A stretch of DNA of 64,000 bases from Felis catus (lineage: Eukaryota): positions 216,692,001 to 216,756,000 of the forward strand of contig NC_058368.1 of NCBI RefSeq assembly GCF_018350175.1, read 5' to 3'. The notes below the pieces were generated by a model. That model made no database searches. It saw nothing but the letters and a program-made list of their open reading frames with translations, and was not told where the DNA came from. Both the position numbers and the translations under genes were made by a program. This document shows, piece by piece, positions 11,203-24,451 of the stretch (its first letter is position 1; each line of letters starts with the position of its first letter).

Positions 11203-12608
11203 GATAATGTTTCTCTTTTTAAAATGAGGAAATTGATGTTCAGAAATGAAGTCATCCGATTAAGGCGAGTAGCAAGACACCTGCTTTAGATATACGAATA
11301 CAAATCACTCAAATATTTCTCAGATGATTTAATGAAAGAGCTGTTGCCTGACTTCACTTTGGCCATATTGCTGATACCTATGTACTGCTCTTGAGTAGAG
11401 CTGAACTGTAAGTATCTGCTAACTTGTTTCAAATAGTCGTCTAACATGCACTGCACAATTATAAAGTCAATGGCGATGTGATTCGTCAAAAGAAAATTCA
11501 GACAGCTTTCCTTGAATATTTCACTGAGCCAGAAACAAACTGTTCCAAAACAGAGACTTCAACCACAGGATTGGTATGGGACTTACAGGCGTGACATTAC
11601 AAGAGGGCTTATAAAGTGAAAATGAGAACGTTGTTTGACCTTTACAATAATTGCTTATTACAATGGGAGTTTCCCAGGCAGCGGGCGATTGGCTAGAGTG
11701 ATTATCATATACCATTTTAAGAAGAGGATTTGTTTTGTTCATGATTATCAGACGCATTTGTGAGAAATAACCAAAGATGACTTTTGCTTACATTCATGAA
11801 ATAAACTGGATTACGTTTTGCTTCCTGGCTTAACTAGGTTTTGTCTGTTCTGGGGATCTTCGTGGCTGGTCTCCATCTTATTTTGTTTTAACACACTGCA
11901 ACAAAGTATTCTTTAAAACTGTAATGAGACTTGAATTTTGGCTGTGAACAGAGGACATTTAGGCCATTGCTAAAAGAGACAATTAAACTAAGTGAAACAC
12001 TTTAATGACATAAGTTCACTGTGATGATTCCTGCTTAAATAATGGGATGATGAGCTGAAGATATTTAGGTACAACGGCATTTTCTTCTTGTTAGACCTGC
12101 AGGCTAATAGAGTGCTTTGACATATAACAACTCCTCAATAGATTTTGTTCAGTGAATGAATGAATGACACTAGAACATTCTATGATATCATTAATCTATC
12201 AATGATTACATTATGAAATATTTTGATCTGTCAGTAACACATAACTGCAAGCATAATTCAGTTTATTAGTGGCTGACTCAACCCTACCTACTAAGGACTG
12301 GTGGAATGTTACTGAATAGACACATAGAAAATATTTACACTTAATGTTAACAGTTTTAGATTCAGGAGTCCTGAAGGAGTTGGAGAAAAATAATGCCATC
12401 ATACCATACAGAAAGCATTTAATATCTGTAGTTAGAAGACTGAAATTCTAATTCTGGTTCCATTACAGTTTAGCAAGGAATTTACTCTCTTTGATCTTAC
12501 TGACATACATTCAAGATACACAAATGTTTGAAAATCAGTCTGTCAAGGATTAGTTATTACTATTGCCTAAAACATCTATTGATTCAAACTTCTGACACTA
12601 AGGTTTAC

Positions 12609-12771
12609 TTTTTTGAGAGAGAGAGAGAGAGAGCTAAAGCAGAGGCAGGGGGAGAGGGAATTTTAAGCAGACTCCATATTCAATGTAAGTTTCGATTCCA
12701 CGACCTGGGATTGTGACCCGAACTGAAGTCAAGAGTTGGACGCTCAACCAACTGAGCCACCCAGGTTCCCC
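12609..12771 (-). mobile_element. CanSINE (left member of a tandem pair)
   Basis: (GA)n, ends GAGCCACCCAGGTTCCCC. Confidence 0.9.
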
Positions 12772-12780
12772 AGAGTTTAC

Positions 12781-12963
12781 TTTTTTTTTAAGTTTATATG
12801 TTTATTTTGAGAGGGGAGGGGCAGCGAGAGAGAGAGAGACAAACAAGCCCCACACTGTCAGTGCAGAGCCCGATGGGGGTCTCCAACCCACAAACCATGA
12901 GATCATGAGCTGAGCCAAAATCAAAAGTTGAATGCTTAACTGACAGAGCCACCCAGGTGCCCC
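12781..12963 (-). mobile_element. CanSINE (right member of a tandem pair)
   Basis: Poly-T, ends GAGCCACCCAGGTGCCCC. Confidence 0.9.
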
Positions 12964-13061
12964 ATCTAAGGTTTACTTTTTATATTGTTGGAATTTGCCC
13001 CTGAAACTGGAGTTGGAACTCTACTTCTGAGTCCCACATCAATTACACATCACGTGTGAGG

Positions 13062-13087
13062 ACACACACACACACACACACACACAC
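13062..13087. repeat. (CA)n microsatellite
   Basis: Direct reading. Confidence 0.95.
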
Positions 13088-15419
13088 CCAAACGCATGCT
13101 CAAGAAAATACTTACACACAAATACAATATTTCTAGAGAGAAGAATATGAAATTTGCCTGCTCACCTATGTTCAAACATCCATGACATTTTAAAGGTAGA
13201 TGGTTAAGCCATGGTAAACTGATGAAAATGTTTCATATTGAAAATTTGCTTTATGCTGAGTTAACAACCACATACTATTGTACAACTACAGGGCTACATT
13301 TCCTTTCGATTTTATTTGTGACTTTTTAAACATTTTTGCAGGAGAGAGAACATATGAAGCATATTATTGTATAAAGAGCATTCACTGTGCCTCTTCTCCC
13401 CATTAGAGTTTTTCCTATTATGCAGCATTGCTCCAAAAGGCCAACAAAACTTATACTTCTACTGATTTTCTCTATAGCATAATAAAGTATGGCCAAGACT
13501 CAGATATATTATGTGTATATAAATACACATGTACTTATCAAAATACAAATTATATAAATTATTTTATTTATTTAAACCGAAGTATAATTCAGAGTTGTTT
13601 TTCTGTGATACTTTAGCAACCATTATCTCATTTAATAGCTTTCATTGTTATAGGATTCCATATAATAAATGTTACTCTGTTTAAATGAGTTTATCAGTAA
13701 TATCAGAAGATCTGTATCCACAGAATTCCTTCTTTATTCAAAATATATGTCTATGCATCTGTTACTTTTATAAATTAATTTTCTTTCTATGGAAAGTAAA
13801 GATTATAATTATTTGTAAGCACATTGCTATTTATTTGACTCAATTTCTATGTTATAAATACTTTCCTAATTTTGTATTTGCCTTGTTGGTATGCCCAAAG
13901 TAGTTGGGAATTATCTAGTTGATGTTACCAAGAATGCAGAGTAATTTTTAAGATATGAAAGTTAAAACTGTGTCATAAAGATTATTTTAAAAGCATTGTA
14001 ACAATTTAATGGACTGAATTTCTATTGCTCATTTGTTTAAAATGGTAAAAAGTCTGGAGTAGAATAATAACACTTTAAAATGTTACAAATTCAAGTAAGT
14101 TCTAAAATTCAAGAGACCAAAAGTATTCACTTGTAACTCATCTTTAAAATGATTTTAAAGTTTTATATTCCTCACACAAAAAAAAGTGTAGAAGATATTG
14201 CATTTCATTTGTATGTAGAACAGTTAGTTTGACTATAATTCTGGGATTTAGTCTAGCATTGTCCATGGTAGTCATTAATGGATATTCTTATCTCTTAAAA
14301 TGTAAGGGTTTTCCTGAGAGAAAATTATACAATAGATGATCTTTGAATAAATGAGTTTGGCTTCTGGTATTGGGGGGGAAAAAAAAAACTATGAAACTCT
14401 GCTTTCTCCAAGCAGCCCAAGGAAAGATTTTCTATAGAATTAAGTTCATGTATTACCATTGAAAGTTACATTGTGACAAAAAAAAAGAAAATGAGATTTA
14501 ACATGAGAAAATGGCATTATTATCACTATCTAGAACACTTCTTAAATTTTTTTGAGGTATCAGTTGTAGCCTTTGCCAAATATGAACTTATTATATGATC
14601 TGAGATTTTATTTTTAACTTGTTTCTTTCCATCATTCCTAGTCTACATAGTTGACTACACTCTGTTGATTTTGACTTGATCGTGTATCATAGGACATTTC
14701 ATCGTCCCTCTCTTAGTGTGGTCCTAATCCTCTAACCTTTGGCTATTTTAACAGAAACCCTCCTACATTCTATAAAATCAGAGAATGGAGTTTCCCTGTT
14801 TTTATCGCTATTTGAACTCCAATGGTTTGGTTTAACATCTGTTTACAGATGGCTCATCACAAAATAAGTTTCTGAGTGTGAAATATTGAGTTATATTCTG
14901 AAGAGAGCACATGGCGTGAACTCATGTATAATTAACATTATCTTGGAAAAATTCTTTCAAACACTCAAAAGAAACAGAATAAATGTAGTTAATAAGTAAC
15001 CCAGTGAGCTTTTCTTCATGTGCCTCATGTGTTATGAAATATAACTTTTTACTAGTATGGGAAGCAAATGAAGTAGTTGCCTTACGTTTAGGGGTCTTGG
15101 TGAATAAAACGTACATATTACGTCTTAATACATTCTCAGTTCATATTGGATTGGTACAGTTGATTGTGTTTAAAGTAAATGTTTATCTGATTGGACTTCA
15201 TTATATTTACCTTTTCTAGTCATTAAAGTATTTCGAATGGATGGTAACTCTTACAGTGTGATAAGTCCTCATACCCTGTACACTCGTAGGGAAGGCTCAA
15301 ACATGAAACTCAATGTGATGAGTATAATTGTATCCAAAATTTCTCTCTATGCGCATGAATATTTTAAAAATATATTGAATGTTTGCTACAGGGGGAACAA
15401 GTTTCTCTACGGTCTAACT

Positions 15420-15590
15420 ACTTAATCTTATTTAATTCCCACAGCTACTCCACAGGACAGACATTGCACAGACCCTGTTTCACGCATAAGGACATTGGGG
15501 ATTTAAAGATGGAGTAACTAGTCACAGGCCATCTCATCTGAGGAACAAAGATTTGAAGCCCATACCTTCACTGAACTACTGCTCTATAAT
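15420..15590 (-). mobile_element. MIR remnant
   Basis: TTATTTAATTCCCACAGC...CCCTGTTTCAC..ATAAGGAC...GATTTGAAGCCC resembles antisense MIR. Confidence 0.5.
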
Positions 15591-16009
15591 TATTCATGTG
15601 TCCCTAAACACACAATCAATGCAGAAACATGCATGTTTTTCACTTATTCATGAAGTTTGCTTTTTATTCCACAACTATGTCTTTTGAAATCTTATCACCA
15701 ACCTTGAATGCCATCCCAGAAATTCTAAAACTCATATAGACCTCTCAGTATTCCTTTTGCCACCCTGATTTTAATATATTTGTCCAAATTTCATAAATAT
15801 TGACAAAACTGAAAGGAACCTGAGTCTTATGATGTAAACATCACCGAATTATCTACCATCAACACTACTTCTTATGGTATCTGTGCATACAATATACTAT
15901 ACCTTTTAAATTTATTTTTATTTTGCTGTTGATAATATCTACAATAAAAAGGGAAACAAAATCAGTGAATCAGTGGTCAATCACAATTCCTTGTGTACTA
16001 TGTATAAAG

Positions 16010-16458
16010 AGTATTCACATAGTTAGTAAATATTTATTGAATATATAAAGTGTACTAGGCTAAATGAACACAGTGCTGATCTCTGTTCCTATGAAGTATA
16101 CATAAAGACTGTGGAGGAAAAGAAGGAAGGCAATTTAAAAATCAAATAATAAAAGAATAAATGAAACTGTATGTTAGACATAGTAAGTGATACAGAAAAA
16201 AGAAATACCAAGAAGTGCCACAAAATAAAGAGGAACTGAGAGTTCTCTGTGGTCAAATGGAAAGATCAAATTTGGATGAAAATTTGAAGGAGGTGATGGA
16301 ATGAACTATGGAAATATTTGTGAGAAGACTCTTCCAGACAGAAAACTGACTAGAACAAATGAAGAAGGGAGAATTGCTAACATATTCCAGGAAAGACACA
16401 GATACCAGTGTGGTTAGAGTAGAGAAAGTGAGAAAGAGAGAGAAAGCCAGAGAGAGAT

Positions 16459-16492
<34 letters not shown>

Positions 16493-17560
16493 AGTAAACA
16501 ACACGGAATGGGGATGAACTGACCAAGTTATACGAGAACTTACAAAGCAGTTTAAAGAATGTGGATCTTATGCAGAATAGGATGGATGCCACTGGTAAAT
16601 TTCTGACTGACAAACTGATTTGTGTTTTAAAAGGGTCACTCCAGTCCTGTGTCGTTAAGGATGGACTCCAGGGGGTACGGATAGATGCAAGGACTATTCG
16701 GTAGCCACTGCCATAAGCCAGAAAACAAATGGCTGTGGCTTGGATGAAGATGCAAGCTGTGAAAGTGTGAGAAGGATCTGTTTCTGGATATAATTTGAAA
16801 CCAACAGCTTTTCTTGGTGGTTGGCTATAACACATGAGGGAAAGAGAGGATCCAAGAATACAAGGTCTCGGACCCCGCACTGGAAAAATGGGCTTTCCGT
16901 GAACTTACATGAGGGAAACTATAGGTAAAATATGTTCTAGAGAATCAGCAGTTTTGCTCATGTTTAATTCAACACGTCTATCAGACATTCAAGTAGTCGT
17001 GATGAGTAAACAGTTGAAAACGTGTGGAATTTGGGCTAGAGATGTGAATTCAAAGTCTTCGGCACAAAGGTTCTGTTTAAAATCATTACGCTGGATGAGA
17101 TCATTGAAGAAGATAGGAAAAGTAGACTAAATAAAAATATCAAAGATGTACCCTATACCTTTCTATATTAAAAATTCATCAGTGTCAACAACAACAACAA
17201 CAACAAAAGGACAAAGAAGACTGCCATAGTGAGAAGTTCTATCCTAGAACCAAGGAAGAATGTGATCACATAGAAAACAAATTAAAATGGTGTACCCAGT
17301 AGGAAGGGATAATGAACCATGTCAAATGCTACCAAGAGGGGAAGTAGATAAGGAAAAACAAGTGAAGGTAAAAGCCCAGAGGTATTAGAGCCATTTGTGG
17401 GGGTCAGTTAAAAGAATGAAAACCTAATAGACATCAGTTTAAGAAAGAGTGGAACAAAACATTAGAAATAGCAATATAGACTAATACAGCAGCTTTGGTG
17501 AAAATGGAAATATAAAAATATCACTGGAAGAGGAAATGGGGTTAAGAAGGTAACTTTTGA
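16010..17560 (-). mobile_element. L2 (L2a-like) fragment of about 1.5 kb, with internal (GA)n at 16462-16491
   Basis: Reverse L2 terminus (AGTAAATATTTATTGAAT) followed by purine-rich L2 motifs such as GATCTGTTTCTGGATATAATTTGAA and GTGTCAAATGCT; explains ORF 16377-16880. Confidence 0.75.
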
Positions 17561-18554
17561 ATATGAAAGATTTATTAGAAAATGGGATGCTTATATATAA
17601 ACAAAATGTGCGAATGTGTAGTTATCAATTCTCTAGTTTGTTCTGATTTAAATAAATTGAATCAACCTAATATTATTAAATATTAAAACTTCCTAGCACA
17701 AAGGTCTGTTTTAAATAGTTTCATATTAATAAGCCATAAAAGAAAGTTTATCTCTGCTTAGAATTTCAAGTAGAATTCCAATTTACTTATAAAGAACTAC
17801 TGAAAGGTTAAAAAGGTTGCAAAGGCAAGAGCATTGAGGTGAAAAACACAAAAAGATGCAATTATAAGAAAAACAGATGCGAATCATGGAAGAAAAGACA
17901 GAATGTTTCTGATCAGAGTTCTTAGGGTGCACAAATGAAAGATATCAATGCTGTTACAAAATAAAATTTCATGAGAAAATTGGAAATAAAAAGAAGACAT
18001 ATTTAGTGTACTTTTCCTTTTAGTCAGATGGAAAGAAAAAAACATGCTTCCTAATGTTCACAGTTAATAAGAAAAACACCTCTTTCCATAGCACTTAAGA
18101 GTGGAATAACAATATGTCTCCCAAGGAGAAGCAATGTGATAGGAAGTTTCTTCTTGGAAGGATCTCAATTGGAAAAATAAAAAATATTCTACATTTGAGA
18201 TGGTCTACTTCTAATTTTTGGTTTTCTGAACTTATTGTCGTTTCAGCGTCAGTATGCAATGAGTCCAAATATCTAATACTTATTACAAAAAATAAATTAT
18301 TCACACATTTATTTGGATACTTGAAAAAAACAGCAAATGTGTAACATCTGTCTAAAATATCTATAGAAAATACTTTCCCCAACTGTCCCCACACACCCCC
18401 TAAATTCTCCTCTTTGAAAGTAGAACAACTCTAGTCCAATAGAGCATCCAACATCTCTTGAGACAGAGATGGGCTTAGAGACAGAAGCATTTGGAATAAA
18501 TAAGAGAGGTCATCATGATCCCCACAGATATTGCTGGAGCTATTAGTAAAAGGT

Positions 18555-18556
<2 letters not shown>

Positions 18557-18603
<47 letters not shown>

Positions 18604-18614
18604 TCTCTCTCTCT
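18557..18614. repeat. (CT)n microsatellite
   Basis: Direct reading. Confidence 0.95.
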
Positions 18615-19689
18615 CCTCTGGACCACCTCATCACCTCTGATGGCCACCTAGACATCATTTTCGAAAAGAATTATACAAAATAGTAAAAAGAAAAGAAAAG
18701 AAAAAAATATGCACAGCCCAACTGAAAATAAAGTAGATCAGCAGGAAAACAGATCATGTAATGGATAGCAAAGACTTTTGCTTAGTTAAGATAATTTGAC
18801 ACACCTTCCCCCGAAATGGAAAGGCTATAGAATATATAAATCCTTAACAGAGGTTAATTGTTAAAATATTAAGATGGGTAGGCATTGTACCAATTGTGAT
18901 TGAATACTTTTGGTTTGCATTTCTAGTTAGACTTGAGGGCATACAGGGAAAGCACAAAGACCCTACCACGCCTCTGAGAATTTTGAGTTATCCGCTTCTT
19001 CGATCTTTTAGAAATCTTGCTCTTTAATAATCCAGATGTATCTTCTCACCACTGAAGGGAAATAGCTCATGCCTACCTACCACCGCAGGACTCTTGGGTG
19101 TATTCCATCTTCTCACCTGGTTAAGCACGGTCTTGGGTTCTGAGAACATGCCTTATGCATGTTGAACCATTCACCCCAGTCTCAAATCCAATCTGATTTG
19201 ATGATTTTCACAAAAGAGTCTTCCGGTTCTTTGAATTACCATTCAATTACAGATTACCAGCATCAGCAAAAATGAGTTTTATGAAATTCCAGTGGATAAG
19301 TGAAGCAGAGAAAAGTGACTTCTGCTTCATGACCAGAAGCCAGATTACTGGTAAAATATGTTTAGGACTGTGTACGTTTATTCATACCCTTTGGTATTGT
19401 TTTCACTTGTCTTTCAAGACAAAACTAATGGTAGAGAAACATCTGGTGACATTTTCCAGATTGCTCCTTTTCTTTGGAATGAGGGCATGGTGGCCCACTA
19501 TGAATTTGTGCTGTACTTCCAGTAAATTCCTTTACTTGCATCTTGATCAGCAGCTTGACTCAGTTGACTGAGGCTGCTACAAGTTTAAGCCTGGCAGCAT
19601 TGCGACTGAAAAGCCTCTGGAATGAAGAAAACCTGTTCCTTCAGAGTTACATGGGTGGTGAAATCAGGGGCTAAGAGGGTTATTGAAAC

Positions 19690-19723
19690 GCTGGGAGGCT
19701 GGGAGGCTGGGAGGCTGGGAGGC
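19690..19723. repeat. (GCTGGGAG)4 tandem repeat
   Basis: Four perfect 8-bp units. Confidence 0.9.
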
Positions 19724-20552
19724 AGCCTGGCTACTTTAAGCATTCTGCTGCTGCGACCCAAAGCCTAGTATTTTATAAGTGACTATTAGATGATAATTTA
19801 CTTTTCAGGGGCAAATAGTAATAAATTTAAATTGAATATTTAAACCCCAAGTAATAAATACATTTTGTCATGACGATCAACTATATATTTCTTATTTCAA
19901 AGCTACGGTCACCTTTATGATGGTTTTGTAAAATGTCAGGTACGAAAATGGATCTTGGCCACACCTCCAATAGCTCTTTCTCCAATAAATATAAATTTTC
20001 AAGAAAATAGGAAAGAAGAAAAAGTAGATATGGAATAAAATCAAATTCTTTACCTCTGTTTTTCATTAGGTTCTCTGACAGAGTTTCTGTAGGACAATAG
20101 TGATTTATTTCAGTCTCTATAATGGATTACAAGAGCTTGGGTTTGTGTTATATATTGCTCAGTAAATAAAGCAGGTGACCTATTGAGGCTCATAAATTAA
20201 GTCTAGCTTGAACAAACACTTTAATTGAATTGTCCTATGTTATAATACTGGTGCAATTATAGATGTAGTGGCATACACACTTCAAAACATAAAAGAAAAA
20301 ACTATTCAGAAATAGATTATCAAGGTGGCCACGTGCTGTAAGAAATATCTGACAATATTCTGTCTTTGTAAAAGAAAACACTGCAGAAGTCAATTACTAT
20401 TCCTCAAAGACTGACCGTCCTCATTGCTAATACATGCATATGAATGGTAAAGCTATCCTATATTTTTGCTCACCAAACCATGAACAAAATTATTTAAACC
20501 ACTGAAGTTTATACATGGCATCCTTTTACCCACCTTAGAGCAATAATCTCTT

Positions 20553-20743
20553 CTTTTTTGAATGTTTTATTTGTTTTTGAGAGAGAGCGAGTGGAAGAGG
20601 AACAGAGAGAGAGAGGGAGAAAGGATCCGAAGCAGGCTCTGCACTGGGAGCAGTGAGCCTGATGCAGGAATCGGGCTCACAAACCGTGCCTGGGCTGAGC
20701 CCAAGTCAGAGGCTCAAAGGACTGAGTCATCCAGGCACCTCCC
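20553..20743 (-). mobile_element. CanSINE
   Basis: Antisense body; AGCAAT.AT flanking repeat. Confidence 0.88.
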
Positions 20744-20844
20744 AAGCAATCATTCCTTCTGACCTCCATCTTAAGTCCTAGGGCTTCATACTTTCCCTTT
20801 TCCCATTCTGGGTGTTTTCCAGACACTATCTCAAGCCCTGATAT

Positions 20845-20846
<2 letters not shown>

Positions 20847-20883
<37 letters not shown>

Positions 20884-20887
20884 CACA
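20847..20887. repeat. (CA)n microsatellite
   Basis: Direct reading. Confidence 0.95.
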
Positions 20888-21934
20888 TACACCAAAAACA
20901 AAAACAAAACTTCTCTGCAGTTGCCTTCTAACTACAGCTTTGCCTCAGGGAACCGTAAACCCACAGCAATTCAACGTGCCAAGTAGAAGTACTGATCACT
21001 TTGTGTTTTCTCTTCCTCACATAAGTTAATGTTACTGGTTTGGAGTTAAATTAAATAATAATAGAATCATTTTGACACTACAAAAAATAATGCAATTATT
21101 CTGACACTGAAAAAGAGGAATAAGGAATTTTAGGGAAATTCGACCTGTCAAAGTTCTTTAAATCACATCAGCTGTCTTAGCTGGCAATGCGTATGAGCTA
21201 AATGTACAGATTGCTCCTAACTTCATCTTGAGTACAGACTTTCTTATTATTCTAGCTTCCCCCAGCTTTGATCATTAGAAATGGAGACTAAATGCCACTA
21301 TTACTTACAAAATTTCGATTTTGTAGGAATTCACTATAATTCAATGAAATGACTACAAAAAGGAAAGTAAACAAAGTCATATTAAATACTAAGTTGGACG
21401 TTTGGTGTTCATGTACTTGCAGGTTAAGCGTAGATCGAGTCTTGAGACTTCTACTCAATTGCTTATCACTAAATGTAAGAAAATAATTATAATTAGTTTT
21501 AATTCTCCTTATATGCATGTACTTCAGCACTAACTTAACTAAGGAATGAAATACTTGTATACTGAAAGGTTAAAAACAAAATTGATAAAAGAAATATGCT
21601 ACAAACATTTGTGTGCAGGTTTTTGTGTAGACATGAGCTTTCAACGCACTTGGGTAAACATCAAGGAGGGGAATGGGTCAATCATATGGTGAGAGTATGT
21701 TTAGCTTTATAAAAACTGCCCAACTGTCTCCCAAACTGGCAGTACCATTTGGTGTTCCCACCAGCAACAAACAATAATTCTTGTTGCTCCAAACGTCCTC
21801 AGCGTTCATTGTCAATGCTCTGTATTTTGGCCATTTTCTCAGGTGCTTAATGATACCTCATTGTTCTCTTCATTTGAAGTTCCCCAATGACATACGATGC
21901 TGAGTGTCTTTTCATAAGGTTATTTGCTATCTCT

Positions 21935-22203
21935 TTTTTAAAAAAAAATAAGTTTATTTATATCTGAGAGAGGAAGAGAGAGAGATAAAGAGACAGAGAG
22001 AAAGTGAGTGCACACACAAGCAGGGGAGGGGCGGAGAGAAAGAGGGAGACACAGAATCCAAAGCAGGTTCCAGGCTCCCAACTGTCAGGCTCTGAGCAAT
22101 CAGCACAGAACCCAATGCAGTGCTTGAAGGAACCCACAAACTGTGAGATCATGACCCGAGCCGAAGTCGGAGGCTTAACCGACTGAGATGCTCAGGCGCC
22201 CCT
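21935..22203 (-). mobile_element. CanSINE with a short internal duplication (CAGGCTC twice)
   Basis: TSD-like TTTGCTATCT on both sides. Confidence 0.92.
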
Positions 22204-23614
22204 ATTATTTGCTATCTTTGTATCTTCTTTAATGAGATGTCTGTTCAGATCTTCTGTTTATTTCTAAAATTGGGTTGATAGTTTTCTTATTCTTGAATTT
22301 TAACTGTTCTTTGCATATTTTAGATGCCAGTCCCTTATTATACATATGTATTGCATTATCTCCCCATTTGCAGCTTGTCTCTCCATTCTCTGTATAGTGT
22401 CTTTCACAAAGACGTTTTTAATTTTAATGAAGTCCACATTATCAATTTTTCTCCTTCATAAATTGTATTTGGTGTTGTATCTAAATAGTGATCACCAAAT
22501 GAAAGATCATTTAGAGTTCTCCTATGTTGGCTTCTAGATAATATACAGTTTTGCATTTTACATTTAACTATTTAATGGATTTATGAACCATTTTGAGTTG
22601 ATTTTTGTCAAAGTTGCAAAGTCAGTAATGAGATCCATGTTTTTGCATGTGTATGTCCTGTTGTTTCCACACCAATTACTGAAAAAACTATCCATTATCT
22701 ACTGAATTGAGTTTTCTTCTTTGTCCAAGATCAGTTGATTAAAGTTGTGTGGGTCTTGTAGGTCCATGTATTGAAATCTTTGCTCTCTTTTATCTGAGTT
22801 TTGAAGTTTTCTCCAGATGGAACTTGTCCATACTTTATTAAATTTATACATAATTATGTCAAATTTTAGGTTTGAATATAAATGGTACTGTGTTTTTAAT
22901 TTTGAATTCCAATTGGTTACTGTTGGTGCATGAGAACGAAATTGAAATTTGCATAGTAACTTCATACCCTGTAACCTTGTTATAATCACATTTTCTTTCA
23001 TGAGCTTTTTGTAGCTGTCATTTCTCTGGGATTGTCTACATAGTCACGTCATCTGCAAGCAAAGACAGGTTGATTTCTTCTTTGCTAATTTTCATATATT
23101 TTCTTGCCACGTTTTGTCTTACCGCATTAGCTAAAACTATCAGTACAAAGTGGAATTGAAGCAGTGAGGGTGAACATCCTTGTGTTCCTATCTTAGCAGG
23201 AAAACATGGAGTTTCTCACCATAAATTCTGATGTCAGCTAAAGGATTTTTGCACATGTTCTTTATCAAGTAGAGCTTCCTCTATTCCTAGTTTGCTGAGA
23301 ATTTTTATTATGAATGGGTGTTGAATTTTGTTCCATGCTTTTCCACATCTATTGACATGATCATGTGGCTTTTCTTACTTAATCTGTTAAAGTGATAATT
23401 TTTTAATGTAAAACCTGCCTTACATGCCTGGAATAAAATCTGGTAATTGTGTATGATTGTTTTTAAACAACATTGGATTCAGTATGCTGATATTTTGTTG
23501 AGCGTTTTTTTCAAAACGTATGTTGGGATTGCATTTTTTGCTACTATTTAAACTTATGGGGGGTGACATTTTTATATTTGGACTGAAAAATGTGGAAGGG
23601 GCTTCATAGCATTT

Positions 23615-23832
23615 GGGGCGCCTGGGTGGCGCAGTCGGTTAAGCGTCCGACTTCAGCCAGGTCACGATCTCGAGGTCTGTGAGTTCGAGCCCCGCGTCAG
23701 GCTCTGGGCTGATGGCTCAGAGCCTGGAGCCTGTTTCCGATTCTGTGTCTCCCTCTCTCTCTGCCCCTCCCCCGTTCATGCTCTGTCTCTCTCTGTCCCA
23801 AAAATAAATAAACGTTGCAAAAAAAAAAAAAA
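23615..23832 (+). mobile_element. Young CpG-rich CanSINE, no visible TSD
   Basis: GGGGCGCCTGGGTGGCGCAGTCGG..CAGCCAGGTCACG head and long A-tail. Confidence 0.97.
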
Positions 23833-24451
23833 TTAAATGTTCTTTAATTGTACACTCAAGCAAAAGTATTTGCAAACTCTACTTTCATTCCCCACTGCAA
23901 CTGGATTACTGCCCATAAACCCTTCCTGTACAGAATTATGAATCCTTTGTTGCTCCCAAGCAAAGAATGCCTTTGTGCAGAATTGCTGAAGACTTCCGGA
24001 TGGTTGCACATTGTCCATGTGAGCCAAATAAAATCAGCAGAAGTTCTGTCGGCCTAAAGTGTAGTGGAGGTTAAGCTTCAGGCTTGGGTAGAATGGATGG
24101 GCCTTTCAGTTTAAGGGTGAACAGCAACATTAGGTTATATGAAGTGAAGAAACATACATGGAAAAAATAACAATATATGCCTGTCCTTTTTCTTCTTTTA
24201 ATGAGGTTTTCCTTTATCTTTCACAAAAGTTTAAAATTATACCTTCTTACTCCTTCCATATCTTGTTGAGGCAGTGTTATTCTACACGTTCTTCTTGCAT
24301 CCTGAGCAATAGTAGTTTTCAGTCTTTTGTATGATTTCAAATAGGATTATTAGAGTTTCCAGTTATGAATTAGAGTAATCTTGCTATAGCTATATGGTTG
24401 GATGAGTGTTTTCTAATAAAATATGGCATGTATCATTAGGACTATTACTTC

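Noticed and set aside
16377..16880. Longest ORF in the window (167 aa)
   Set aside because: It lies inside a decayed L2 and crosses a (GA)n tract; no coherent protein.
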